Of a stretch of DNA of 64,000 nt, positions 25,801 to 38,928 are shown one piece after another. Both the position numbers and the translations under genes were made by a program. How positions within the stretch are numbered: position 1 is the first letter of the stretch; each line of letters opens with the position of its first letter. The stretch is from the NCBI GenBank assembly GCA_964057225.1, contig OZ059899.1, positions 6,200,001 through 6,264,000 on the forward strand, read 5' to 3'. The notes beneath the pieces are model-generated. The model worked only from the letters and a program-made list of their open reading frames with translations. It was not told the DNA's origin and made no database searches. The DNA is from Auanema rhodensis. Taxonomy: Eukaryota; Animalia; Nematoda.

Positions 25801-27888
25801 CACCATTTTAATTTTTTTTTTCAATTTTTTAAACAAAAAAATAGGATTTTCTAATGAAAATGATCAATCACTTTTTCGACAGATTCATAATGATAGTTTG
25901 TTCACAAAAAAAACGTTTCGAACCAACAATGCCAGCAGACCATAGGATTCGGCGTGACTTCTAAAACATTTGGCGATAAGTTTTTCTTCCTGACATGGTT
26001 CAACTGACGGACTAAATGGCAGTAAGATCAGTGATCGAAGTACTGATGACTCAATGTTGAAAAGTTGAAACAATTTGGAGCAAAAACAATAGAGAAGCTT
26101 CGAAAATGGAGAAAAACGAGGGCAAACTTCAGATTCTACTTTATCTATTCTCCGTCATGGTCGCTGACTAAAATCGTTCATTTCCGATTCTCTTTCCACA
26201 CACATACGTCGAAGAATGAAGTTGCAGATGAAATGAAAATAGAAGAGAGATCTATAGAAACTAGGGAGCATACGAACAGAAAGATGGATAGAGCAAGTTG
26301 GAGTAAGAGAGTAACAAAGAGAAAGAGGATTGAAAACTGCGTGGGTTGGTAGTCTACCGTGAGGCTATTACTCTCTTGTCCAAAACAAGACCATAGACGA
26401 AGATCACTGAAAGCTTTTACAAACTACTCCATTTATCTGTTTGTTCCGGAACATAATCTTAAAGTATTTTTGAGCTCTGCATTTTCTTATCGCGCCCAGC
26501 GTGACCACATAGACAATTCAGTCGTCAGTTGACAATGAGCTTCATCTTCCTGCTTCAGCTTCTTTGATCCATGCTCTTTGCTAAGAACCTAACTGTGTCT
26601 TGTTTCAATCTTTATATGGTTTAGTATTAGCCGGACAATTTTGACTCCATATTTTCATCCCTCTCATGACACAACCCGCGGGTCGGCTTCGGTTCTGATG
26701 TCGCTTTCCTCTTATCCATTCTTTTCCTCCCTCTATAGCCTTCACGTTTCTCCTATATCGCATGAAAAAAGAGAGAAAAGTAGAGAGAGACAGAGTGAGA
26801 GAGTAAGAATGGAATAAAGAGATGCAAAACTAACCATCTGGATTCGGTTGACGGTTAGCTTTTAAGGATGAACGAATAAATGACAGAGAATGCATTCTCT
26901 CTCAGCATCATTATCTATATATAGTTTGTTTCTTCGAAAAAAAAAGAAAGCAAGTGTACAAGCAAAATGGAAGGAGTGAAGAAGAAACATTGGAAATTCT
27001 CCTTTCTTCTCCCAGAATGACACATACACACATGACAATGTGAATTGACACAAAAGTAACTCCATATGTGCAAAATGTTCGGGAAAAACTGAAAAAAAGA
27101 CTCTGAAATGACAATATAATCTCAACGATTTCTACTAAGCAATTTCTGTGCAATCATCAATCAGTATTGCAAAGCTAGTCTAGACGAATTATAAGCATTT
27201 ATAACTTTCACTTTTGTTTTCTACATATATCATAAACGAAAAGTTTGCATTTTACAATTGATATACAGGTTATAATCCAAACTTGTCAGTGCAAAACATC
27301 CGTGATCAAATGAAACTGAAGGATATAAACAACTTTTTGATCGGCACTTTAAAAATAAAAATATCTTTAGAAATTGAAAAGTGAAACAGAATACTAAATT
27401 GAGAGGGTAAGAGAGAAAAGGTTGACGTGCCAACTCATAAATTGCATTTTGTCGACGTCATTTGCTTATTGTTTGTTGTCAGGTGTTGTCAAATAGACTA
27501 TATATGGCCCGATGGTGCACACTTGAAGATGAAAAAAAAAAGAAAAAATGATTGACAGAAGAACAGAATAGACTGTAGTAGAGAATGAGAGGGAATTCAT
27601 TGCCGATGTGAGCATACAATGATCCAATCCATTGTGTATAACTATGGAGTTGTTTTCTCTCTCTCTCTCTCTCTCTCTGTATATATATATATACGTATGT
27701 ATATAGAATTTGAGTCACTTTGAATGACTTATCTATTATATTTCTAAGATTACAGGAAGAAAAAGAAAATAATCCCCTCTGGAGGAAAAAATAAAAATCG
27801 TTTTATTATTAAACTTAAGGAATATGAAGTATACACATATGATTAACCATTCAGTTAAACTGCAAATGACCTGACATGCCTGTCAATT

Positions 27889-27906
27889 CACGTGATTCGT
27901 CACGTG
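27889..27906. promoter_or_regulatory. Tandem canonical E-boxes with 6-bp spacer (CACGTG-attcgt-CACGTG)
   Basis: Seen directly; the first box is the extended TCACGTGA form. Confidence 0.5.
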
Positions 27907-29780
27907 TATGGGATAGATAAGATAATCTTGATTATATTACAGACACAAGTTAACCAAATTATTGGTTTAGTGCCAAAATCCCACACACTTTCTAACAAGG
28001 TTTTTTTGAATTTCACTGCCATTGTTCCAATATTTGGACCTTTTGACCGATAATTAATTATATGTCGCATGTTGTGAGCTCGTTGTTCTTTTCCTTCCTT
28101 CCTTATTCTCTTTATTTTTCTTTCAATATATCTATTAAAAATTCAGTATTTTCTCTAAAATCTCTTCATCTTGTCATCTATCTGTATGCCCCCTTCCTTC
28201 TCACAGCCAGGGCTCTAATCCTAGGTCCCAGCTCATAATCTCTATTATCTATATTTCTCCTAATAAACTACAATCTATAAGTTTTTCTCTTACTCTCTCA
28301 AAAAAGCAAAGACTATCCGCTTAACACAAATAATATTTACTCTCACAACAAGCAATTGTAATTTCTATGTCGTCTTACCACCTTCATCCTAATCTTGCTA
28401 TCCTCCACCTCACTTACCCTCGTCTATTGTCGTCCTCATCTCTTCGTTAAGAGTATATGATCTATATATAGACATATTTATATGTATATGATGACGTTCA
28501 TATCCTTTTGATTCTTTCATTTCTTGCAAGGCTCTCTCTTACTTTCGGAGCTTCTCCATTGTCACTATCTATCTTCTCTTTTCTCATCATTATAATAATA
28601 CTTTATATTCTTTTATCAAATAAAGGGAATTCAAAATGGTCATGTACTGACAGCGAAAGGTTGTTATTTCAACATTTTCTTTGCAACACTAATGGCAAGA
28701 AAGAGAAAATTGGAACAGATTACGATCAAAGATCAAACAAAACAATCGAAATTATAGTGCGTATCCTATGAGCTATATCCGTCATACGGTTGTCGACTCG
28801 CCTCAATGACTGTCTGTGAATTTCCCTCGCTAACTTACAATTGGCCCGGTCCGAAAACCTATAGCATTACAACATATATTCGACGCCGGTATCCATAAAA
28901 GGCTGTTCAGACGGGCTGAAAATCGACCACCGCTCGAACCCAACGAACAAACATGTAGTCAGACGCCTTATTCGCTCTTGCTCTCCTCCTTCTCTCCTTC
29001 TGTGTCATTTTATCTCTCCTTTTCCCTCTCTTTCCCTCTTTCCTTTTCCTCTTTACTAGATTCATTCAATAAGCGAGAGGGCTCAAAGAAGAAAAAAGAA
29101 TAGACTCAACACTCAACTACTCAACTACTCAACATACTCTCTGTAAAAGAGGACGTACGGAATCAAGCTGCAACCATTATACTGAATCTTCAGTAGCGCT
29201 TCTGGTGGAAGCATCAACACAACAAACTACGATTTTGATTTCTTAGTTCACTTTATGAACAATCCATGGCTGTGCACACTGCTCTTCTTAAACAAAATCA
29301 AAGTGACGACGACAAATAGATTGAAAACGAGTGCGTATGTGTGTCTGTGTGTGTCTGTCTGTCTGTGTGTCCGTGTACCTGTATTCTGTGTTGATGAATA
29401 AATTCAAAAACAGAAATACTGATTCAACTCACGCACACTCTCTCCAAGATATAAGGGTTTTGAATGAAAATTTCTTTTATTTTGTCATGAAAAGTCAATA
29501 TGTGAGCCTATTAAGCAGGATAACTTATTTTCTATAAATAGAACGAATTATCGCTGTCGGTAGCCTAGCATGTACAACTTGAACAGGCAACTTATTAGTT
29601 CTAAGATTTGCAAGCGGATTTGAAAATAATTTCGCATAGGACATTATTTCTAGATTTATGAAGTGTTTTGAAGTTATATGAAATAGTCAATGAATAAAAA
29701 TATGTCTCAGCCCTATAGCTGAGATCAATATATAGCACGACTGCTATAACAACGTCAACAAGCCTCCTCTCTTCCTCTTT

Positions 29781-29897
<117 letters not shown>

Positions 29898-31457
29898 AAT
29901 ATCTTTCTTTTTCCCTTTTCTTCCTTTTCTCATTCCTGCCTGAGTCAAAGCAGACCGCGTCCCTCGCTTTGCAGTCAAATGCTGGACTAGAATTCGTGTT
30001 TCGCTGTTGAGCGTTTTGGGTAGTCGTCCGATAAGTAGTCGAAATCAGGTTGGTTCCAACATGACCAAAACGGCCAAAACGAACTGAGGCCCAGCACGGC
30101 AGACGAGCGTGGGAGCCGAAACGGCCGTCCCTGACGACGTGGACACACGAGAGGCAGGCATATACAGAAACGGAGAATACGGATCGTCTTCTCTATTTTC
30201 ATCTTTTCGTGACATTGCTGCGCTGAATCAATGAGTTCGGCCTATCATTTACTGCAGCACCACTATGTTTATTCGATATCACTTTTATGAACAGAAGACA
30301 CAAATATGATTCTAGAGAAACAATGTGGTCTCTTATTGGTCGACGGTAAACAACTATTTTTAACCGGACTCATCTGACCCTGTCTTTCACGCTTCCATTT
30401 TCTGAACACATCTAGCCTACACACTCCGCTCTTCCCCCTCCACAAAACCCCTAAAAACCCCCTCCATCTCCAATCAACACCCAGCCGTTGACTTATCACG
30501 GGACCCATCCATCAACTTTGAGCCTCGACTGCTGATGATAACGGCCCGAACGGGAAGAGTGCTTTCCAAATTTAAACAATGAAATCGCGTTCGCACAGCT
30601 TCTTTTTCCATCGTACATACACATTTTGATGATGATGATAACAAAGGTACTGATCTGTGGTGACGTTAGCCATCGTGGCCATTTGAAACCAAGAAAGAAC
30701 ATCGTACAGATCGTTTCATGCATCCAGGATATAGAAGACATGAAGCAAACGTTACAGTGCGATAAAAAATAGAAGTATGAATGAAGGATTGATGATGTTG
30801 ATGATTGAACAACACCAGAAGGCAGAAGAAATATACATAGAAATGAGAGTATCTTAGACAACTAGAATGGAAGAGAGGGTGGGCCCAATCTTGTGAAGAT
30901 AGAAGTAGAGACAACTGCGAATGTGACAGAGTAAAAGAAGCAGCAACAGAAGGTTATGTCCCTATGGACACTTGAGCAGATCATTTAATGAGCTTCAGAG
31001 CTCTCCCCCCCCCCTTAGGCTTTCTCTCTCTTCCATACTTTGAACATAGGCTTATGAAGAGGTTCCAGTGGCTTATTTATAGAAACTGTTGTTAGTTTCA
31101 TTTTATAGTTGGATGAGCTAAATATGGCGATTATTCTGAGAGAGCTATTGGCACGATGGCCAATGAGTTACATATCTAGTAGATCTAGAAACTTTAACTA
31201 GTCAGAATCTACACTTTCAATTGACGTACACTTCTCATGCACAAATATACAACGCAAGAAACTCAAATTCAGCAATCTACTTTCATCGAACTATAATTGA
31301 ATAGTCTCTGAACACTGAACTATTCTTACTGTGTATTATAGTTTGTATTTTATTTCTTACTTCTTATTTTATAATATATGTATTTATATGTATAATCTAT
31401 ATATTGTATAATATTTGTATAATATAAACTATAACACAATAATGAATTTTAATAATT

Positions 31458-33011
31458 TTTATTTAATTTTTCTTTTTTTGTCGTGTGTTTTTGGTCTTGA
31501 CGTAAAGACACTATTAAGTGATACAACACATAAAATTCTTTAAAAAACTTGGAAACATTAAAACACATGGAATTACTAAAAATAAGATATTACGTGCCAA
31601 GAGAAGTATCCAGCCCCGAGTGCTACGTAACATACAATGAGGTATATGATTTTGGTTTTTTTGGAGACAGGCAGAGAGAAAATGGTCAGGAGAAATAGAG
31701 GACGTTACAATACACACAAGAAATTCTAAGATTAAAGGATTCTAAAACGGAAATAATCACTTGTTCTAGCATATCAAAGCCAACTCAAACTAACAGCACA
31801 GCGTCATTTAGTTTTTGAGGTTCATAGATAACACAATGGGACACCGGGTCCCTAGAAACAAAATAGATGAGTGGGTGACAAGATAATTTTTCCGAAACAA
31901 AATGCACAAATAGTTGATGACTACAATCGATATACTACCAGGCTTCTTCTAACAGGAGATATAGTACGGGGCATTCAGAAGGAATATTGGGGTACAGGTT
32001 TAAGGAATAGTATATTAACTAGAAGTAAACTGATTTGGGAATTCAGTTGAAATAAAGAAAATTGAATATAAGGCTAACAGGTTACAATACCATAAAGAGG
32101 AATCTAGCGAGAGACAGAGAATATTCTTCAGGATATCGGTCAACGGTATACAAGAACATTGACAATAATCTGGTTAACCACTGTTCTCTGAGAAATCGGT
32201 GGGTAACACAAGATTGCACTTGCAGTATAACCTGGCAGGCTATTCCTTGAGGCATTACAAGCAAGCACTCATTATGTTACAGTCCGAATATCATAGACAG
32301 AAGAATCTCATGAAACTAAGCATGGGGACAGGGGCAACAGAGATGGAAAATTGCCGTACACGGAATACGGTATTATGTACATTGGTACCCAGAAAAAATA
32401 AGTTTTTTTTGTGTTTTAAGATAGATTAAATAGAAAAATGGCAAAAAAAAGAGAAAATGCCTAAGGAAAAGTGCGGGACCAAGGCAGACACGACTGTGTG
32501 GTATAACAGATAACTTCAAATGATAAAAAAAGAAACAGGATTACAGCAAGATGCTCAACAATGGAACTTGTAGAAGTCAGACAATAGTTGGACCGGATCT
32601 ACTGGGCTAAAATATTTCAAAACCGAGCAGAATTGAAAGGTTTGCTTCAAAGGCAATAAGAGTGAAACATTGGAGATAAGAAGAGATTAATGGAATAGGT
32701 GCCGACAATTCTGTATATAGAATTCTCACGTTACTCCAAGATGAAACTTGAGATCGTAACATGCTATCTAATAGAGAATCGTTCCGATGATCCTTTCCAT
32801 TGGACTAAAGCTCAGACGGACTAGGCTGCTGACCGGCGCGGTATTTGCTCTCTTACATGACTTCCAGACCTTGAAAGGTCTAAGAATCATCTCGTAGAGA
32901 CAGTATGTTTAAGGGCAGTTAAAAGCAAAGAAAACAAAGAAAACCAGAAAATAACAGAAATGGAACAAGAATATTGTTTGGAATCTGAATAATGACGGTA
33001 TACACAGAAAA
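31458..33011 (-). other. Putative 3' UTR of the IER-like gene, ending near an AATAAA signal at 31463-31458
   Basis: U-rich on the minus strand with no credible ORF, ending at AATAAA followed by a very AT-rich stretch. The end point is inferred. Confidence 0.4.
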
Positions 33012-34993
33012 TCAAGGAGTTATAATAGGACAAGAGGGAGGGACCAATTCTAAAGGTACGACATGCTTGTCGAACCGGCGAATTTGGCATATACACGTCC
33101 TCAAATCGGCTTCATAGTAGTAATTAGAATGGGATATAACACGTGGTAATGAACGAGATATCATTGATAAATAGGAGAGGAAACTGATGAATATAAAAAA
33201 AACTTTAAAATACTGCCTGGTCGTACACGTACTTGATACACGTCTTACTTCAGATTCTTAATGCTGCTAGTATTCAGCAAGCGCAGTACCGGCACACTTC
33301 TATCAGAGACGCGTTGAGCTTTGTGACGAGGAGCGCTACGCTCTTCTCCTTTGCGTTTGCGTTCACCCAAACGGGCAAGAGCATCGTCCAGATCTTTGCA
33401 CAATGGTTGTGGTACAATGTCTTCATCTTCTTCGGTAGCCATCGAGCCAAATTCTAATGGCTCATCAGTAGCATCATCACAGCAATCGCCACAATCAGTG
33501 ACAGTGAACTCATGCGGTGGCGAAATCAAACTGACTTCTTCATCAAAATTGCGAGCATCAAGCTCTTCTTGAATGGCTTCCTCTAATCTGAAAAAAGAAA
33601 AAATTAATATTCATGTATTTATTAATTAAATAATATTATATTCAAGAAATGGAACAAAAAGTTCTTAACTGTTGGAACTCGTTCATATTTTCAAGAAAGC
33701 AAAAGATAAAGCACACAACAACAGATCATTCAAAATGTTGTCATCGTTTGAGCTCTGATCAGCTACGACGAGACATAGTCTCGACGGAGGTCGTCGCCGT
33801 CGAGTTTTCTACTTTCTCTGCACACAGTGGTAGAAGAGAAGAGACATATCGAAAGAGCTAGACCGATCACTTATAGATGATGATTGTGCATAACGTAGTA
33901 TGTAGTTTTAAGAAAGACAGAAACGCAATTGACACACGAATAGTGGCGGGCTGAAGTTTGAAAGAGAGAGAGAGAGACGGAAATATATACATATAATAGC
34001 GGAGGAGCCTTAATCTATTTTGATAATATAAATATTTGAAGTTATAAAAAGCTGAAAAAAGGAGAACAGAGAGAATAACAAAGACTAAGTGTGCTTTTGA
34101 GATCGAAAAAAAAGCGAAATAGAGAAAGAAGAGCAGTGAAAAGAGTGTCAGGATAGAAGACAAAAGCACACGTAATGGAGCAAAAAGGCAATTGAGAAAA
34201 GGAGGGAATAACGGAAGACAGTTATGTTGAAAAGTGTCGTCTGTTTTTGTTTTGATAGCGACCAACCGTTCAAAGCAAACATTTACTGAGAAATAAAAAA
34301 AATTAGAAGAAAATGCATCAACGTGAAAGAGAGCGGAGGAAACAACCAGCAATGTATTTGAAATTTCTCTTTCGAATGTAAGAATAAGAAAACGTTAACT
34401 ATTTCATATAACAATATGCAGGTTATATTATTATATGCGATTCAACTAGCTTGGTTGGTAGGTGAGTGACAATTTCTAAATTGACATAACAACTATGTTA
34501 AGTCTACAGTATGGTGAGTGAGGTGAAATAAATGAAAAAAAAAAACAATATTTCAGGAATAGAAATTATTTTTAAAATAAAGTTGAAAATTGTAAAAATA
34601 ATTGTTAGGAAGTTGCAGTGTTGAATAAATGGTAGCGCAAAACGGCGATTGATGAGAATTTACTAAGCACAGTAACTGAAGAAATTCAGAAATGTTTTAG
34701 ACGGCAAAAAAAAATAAAAATAAAAGGTCGTTTCGAAGTGATGATGCAGAATGTAGTGGCTTGCGCATAAAGGTCAAGAAGACATAAGTAGATTTGTAAA
34801 AATAAAAAAAAAGTGAAAGGTGAATAACATACCTGAACTTAGCATCCTGAACCCGTTTGATAACTTGAAGAACAAGAAGATTTTTGTGAATATTCACACC
34901 ACCACGTCGATGTCGCGAGTTAACTATCTTGGAGCAGGAAAGGCGAAGCAAGGCAGCGTATTCTTGCTGTAGAAGTTCCGGAGATGAAATCAT
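33012..34993 (-). CDS. IER-family (IER2/IER5-like) immediate early response protein
   Basis: Exon 34993-34833 encodes MISSPELLQQEYAALLRLSCSKIVNSRHRRGGVNIHKNLLVLQVIKRVQDAKF, matching the IER N-terminal signature (ISLxKIYxSRxQRGGxxLHKNLLVSxVL). The AG|GTATGT donor splices in frame to the TTTCAG acceptor at 33588. Exon 33587-33249 is acidic, then carries a basic NLS-like GERKRK..RHKAQR. A 65-nt GT-AG intron leads to exon 33183-33012, giving 223 aa. If that intron is unspliced, the protein stops at 33245 (167 aa). Confidence 0.85.
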
Positions 34994-35262
34994 GACGATG
35001 TGAACTTGGTAGATGAGTAGACGATAGGGATAGATAGATGAATTGCGTTGAAACGATGAGATGAACAAAGGCAGAACAGTGTGATAGTTGTTGTATTTTG
35101 TGGATATCACGAAGACGACGAAATTGTGTTGTTTTGGGGGGGAAAAGGTTTTAACAAGATGATGAGTTACAAATTTGTGCTGCAGTTATATGAATACTGA
35201 GACACAAATCCTTGAGAGCGTGCAGTCAAGAAGCAATACTGCTGCACAGAATGACCTGAAAT
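34994..35262 (-). other. 5' leader of the IER-like gene, starting at a TTTCAG acceptor (cis or SL trans-splice site, AG at 35257-35256)
   Basis: TTTTAATTTCAG|GTCATT. The 262 nt between the acceptor and the start codon contain no ATG. Confidence 0.6.
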
Positions 35263-35839
35263 TAAAAAACAATTAGTTAACTGGTTGAGAAAAATACGAA
35301 AAATATATAATATATATTTAGTTTTTTTTCATTTAGAATGGTACAAAAGATGCGAGAATGCATTGTAAGAAATAGGATAGAATAGAGCTTAAAATGATGA
35401 GAGAATAAGCATTTCTTAATAATAAAATGTATAGAAGAAAAAAAAGAAATATTCTTATACAAATATTTCTAATAAAAATAAAAGCTGTACTAAGCCTTGC
35501 GCATACAATTTTGTTCATATGAATGCACGTATTTCAACTTTGACAGAATGACATTCAAAATAGTATGCGGCTTTCCTTCTCGAAAGATATGAAAAGATAA
35601 AAAGAAGACAAAACTAAGAAAAAAACTAGTAGAACATAGTATGATATACATCGGAAGAAAGAGAATTCGGCAAAAAAATCTTTTGGCTAACGGCTATTCA
35701 GGCCGAGGATATTCGATCATAGATGGCCAAACATCGAGGTCGTTGATGTTAGACATCTGGCATGATTTTAATTCTTATTTTAACTAAAGGGTTTTGTCAC
35801 GAAAACTGTAAAGAAAAATTAAGAAACATCTTGAGCATC

Positions 35840-35897
35840 TGACGTAGTTGACGTCACTCACGTCTAACGTGAAACTGTAAATTATAACGACACGTCA
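35840..35897. promoter_or_regulatory. CRE/ATF site cluster
   Basis: TGACGTA (35840), full TGACGTCA (35849-35856), CACGTC (35859), AACGTG (35866) and CACGTCA (35891): five ACGT cores in 58 bp, 0.6 kb upstream of the IER acceptor. Confidence 0.55.
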
Positions 35898-36539
35898 GCT
35901 GCTCTATGCATGCAAAACACAAGATTCAAGATACACAAAAACTATCAAGTTGGATTTGAAAAAGAAGAAAAAAATCTTTTTCAAATTCTATCATCTAGTG
36001 GGATATCGATCTTTCGCCCAACATGTTAAATATTGTGTTGATGTCCTTTAGAATTCACAATTCAAATACAAGAATGAGATGAAGAAGACATTTTATGATA
36101 TTGAATACCAGGCGCTAAAACACGATTTGACATTCAGATATAAGAGAGATGATGGAATCGAAGCAATTGATTTTTTGAGCCTTCGTTTCTATTCAAATAT
36201 AAAACAAATTAATCCATGTTCATTCTTTTGTTTTCTTTTTATATCTCAATACTATTAAATTATACCAATAAAATAAGGATCGAATTCAATTAATCCTGGA
36301 CACTTGGTTATCTTAAACTACTGTAACTCTAATAACCGATATGGACATAACTAAATTGGAATACGCTGTTGGTAAATTGCATATTTACCAACTTTTCCCC
36401 CATTGTGTTGAAATGTCAGAGTTAATCAACTCGTTTTTATTAAATAATTTCAATTTTCATTATTAATATATGTTAAAAATTGAAGTCAAAAGTCAAAGTG
36501 CTATTATGTCCAGAAAATTGATCGATAAAGCGCTTGACT

Positions 36540-36950
36540 AGTGAAAAAGCTGTCGGCTGAGCACACGGCTTGCCGGCTGCTCGGCCGCGGTTGTCTGTCT
36601 CACAGACGAGGCTCTGCTCAGCAGCATGTATGTAAAGCATACTAATATGGAATCAAGAAAATGAAGGATATTCAAGAATATATTCGGTAGTATGTATAAA
36701 GCTTCAAATATAAGCTTACCTGAGTTTGGTGAATATATATACAGGAGAATAGGGAGAGAGGAGGATAGACCCGTGAGAGATAGTGCCCCGCCACACCGAC
36801 TGGCTAGCCCTGGGGGCGGAGCGATTCAACCCAGAAAGGGGCGTGGCGCGAGGCGAGCAGACCGCAGAGAACGAGAGAAAAGGCGTGTTAGGGACGTAGG
36901 GTAGGTTATGCAGCATTAGGACAAACCGAAGAGCCCCAGAAGAGCGCCGA
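36540..36950 (-). promoter_or_regulatory. GC-rich promoter island of the IER-like gene (GC boxes plus TATA-like element)
   Basis: One of the most GC-rich stretches in the window. Sp/KLF-type boxes GCCCCGCC (36785-36792), GGGGCGGA (36813-36820) and GGGGCGTGGC (36838-36847). A TATATATA at 36741-36734 lies downstream of them in the gene's orientation. Confidence 0.55.
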
Positions 36951-38910
36951 AGTAAGATGAAAGAGACAATGAAGATTTGTTAAGATTAAATTTTATATTG
37001 CTGTATTTTGACTTCACTTGTAAATTAGGTAAATACAGCTTAGTTGTTATCCACAATTCTTCGATTGTTTTCAAAGAGATGGATTTTTCCTAAGGAAAAG
37101 ATGCGAAATCACGGGCAAAAAGGGCAGGCAAATCAATAAGCATGCTTCTCTTTGTCATCGGCTTCGTAATTTTAATCAAAAAATGTTTTATTGCAATCAT
37201 TTTTTCATTTTCTACCATAATGAACAAAAGTTCATTTTAATGACAACTTCATTTTCTTAGAATTGTTTCCTTCTTTCTCAGCAAGAAGAGAAAGCTGGAA
37301 ACTACAAAATCTTCTAGGCCATATACACAGGTTTCTAAGTAGCAGACGATAAGGACAGTTATTCTATGGAATGGCACCCTGCCGTTGAATCTCCTGCTGT
37401 CAGTCAAGCTTTAGCATCATCTTTCTCTCACCTTTTTAAGGTATTTCGAGAGAAAACGAAAAGAAATGATAGAAAAAAAATGCGAAATTACAAAAAAATG
37501 AAAGAACGAAACCAAATATGAGTTACAAATACTTGATGACAACCTACTACATAGACAGACCGGCTATCACTACTGAATAGATCATTTCAACTGATAATAA
37601 AGTGCCTAGATATAGTTTTTTTCAACAGAAATATCTTATTTTCTGTTCAATTTTTCGAAAGAAAAAATAGAAACTATACAAACATAACGATTGCGAAATA
37701 ATTATTTCTTTTGGATGATGGATTCTTGCAGAATTAGAAATTCAGAAAAGCTAGTCTCTATGGAACAGAAGAAGTCGTTTGCAATCCGAGGAAAACATAA
37801 GATGATTGAGCTAGAAGAGAAAGCAAGTAGTATGTTGTGGAAAAATAGACGTTAATGGTATTGTTTTGAAAAATGTAATGGATTTAAAGAAGACCGTTAA
37901 CTTGCACAACGAAGAATGAGCAATTCAGATAAGTTTAGAAGAAAGAATAACAAATGGCAGGCGATGTTCAGCTTGTAAGATGATTTGTTAAGATTTGAAA
38001 AAAAGATGAAAAGAAAACATTTTAGTTATTAAAATCACAAGAATCAAAGAAAGAATACATACAAAGTAAAAGTTAAAGAAATAAATATGTTTTGTGACAT
38101 AATTGAGTAATAATTGAGCAGTAAAATAATTCGCTTTTATAGGTTGATTGAGAGTCATAATCTAAAGCTTACGAGACCTAGGGCTAAATAAAGTTTGCAA
38201 TATGTGTTGAAATCTGGCGCTTACTCTCAAAAACAAAATTATTGAGTCATTTTGGTGTGATGTATAATGATGGTAAAATCTAATAATATAAAGCAAAAAT
38301 TGCTGAAAATGCAACATATAAAGAAGGAACGAAAGAAGCATGTTGAAATGAATCTCGATGAGTGATAACTAAAAAGGGAGGAGAAAAACAAGAGACTGTT
38401 GAACTTGAAACTTGATATGAATTGTGAGTAATATTGATTCTAATAAAAATACAACAATTGATAAGAAGGAGTACGATAACGACGGTTAAAGGAAAAAAAT
38501 GTAAATTGACGGTGAAGCAAACAAGGAAACTTATTAGAAAGTTTCGTAAGACTAGTACGGAAAATGGGAAAAATAGTAAGTTCATAATTACACATGAAAA
38601 TGGCAGATAGGAGTTGCTTTCAATCTACGAAGAACAGAATGAGTCAAGCTGCTACGAGAGCAGATGATTGGTGAATGAAAGAGATAGGTTCCTCCTCTCA
38701 GCCGTAGTTGGTCATCATCATAACAAACAAACAACACGCAAAGTGATGAAACACAGCGAGAATATTCGAGTCCAGAGGTCAGTCATTCTGATGTAATCGC
38801 AGCCTTACGCTGCTAGACAGTGGCGCATGGTGTAAGACGCTAGTGAAGAGAATATAGAGAAAGTGAGAGAATAGATGCGCTTCCTATTATAAACTAGATA
38901 TGCAACTTTG

Positions 38911-38928
38911 CACGTAAATATCGACGTG
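38911..38928. promoter_or_regulatory. Degenerate tandem E-box pair with 6-bp spacer (CACGTA-aatatc-GACGTG)
   Basis: Same 12-bp ACGT-to-ACGT spacing as the pairs at 12767, 27889 and 55679. Confidence 0.35.

Noticed and set aside
28200-28210. TCACAGCCAG, resembling part of miR-2
   Set aside because: 5' bases and 3' half do not match, and there is no precursor hairpin
30095-30153. Hammerhead-like words (GAAAC-GGCC-GTC, CTGACGA)
   Set aside because: No consistent stem I/II topology; each reading needs core mutations
31015-31020. TTAGGC telomere word after a C-run
   Set aside because: Single copy with no array
33867-34352. 161-aa hydrophobic ORF
   Set aside because: Lies inside the IER intron; its F/L/S richness comes from pyrimidine tracts
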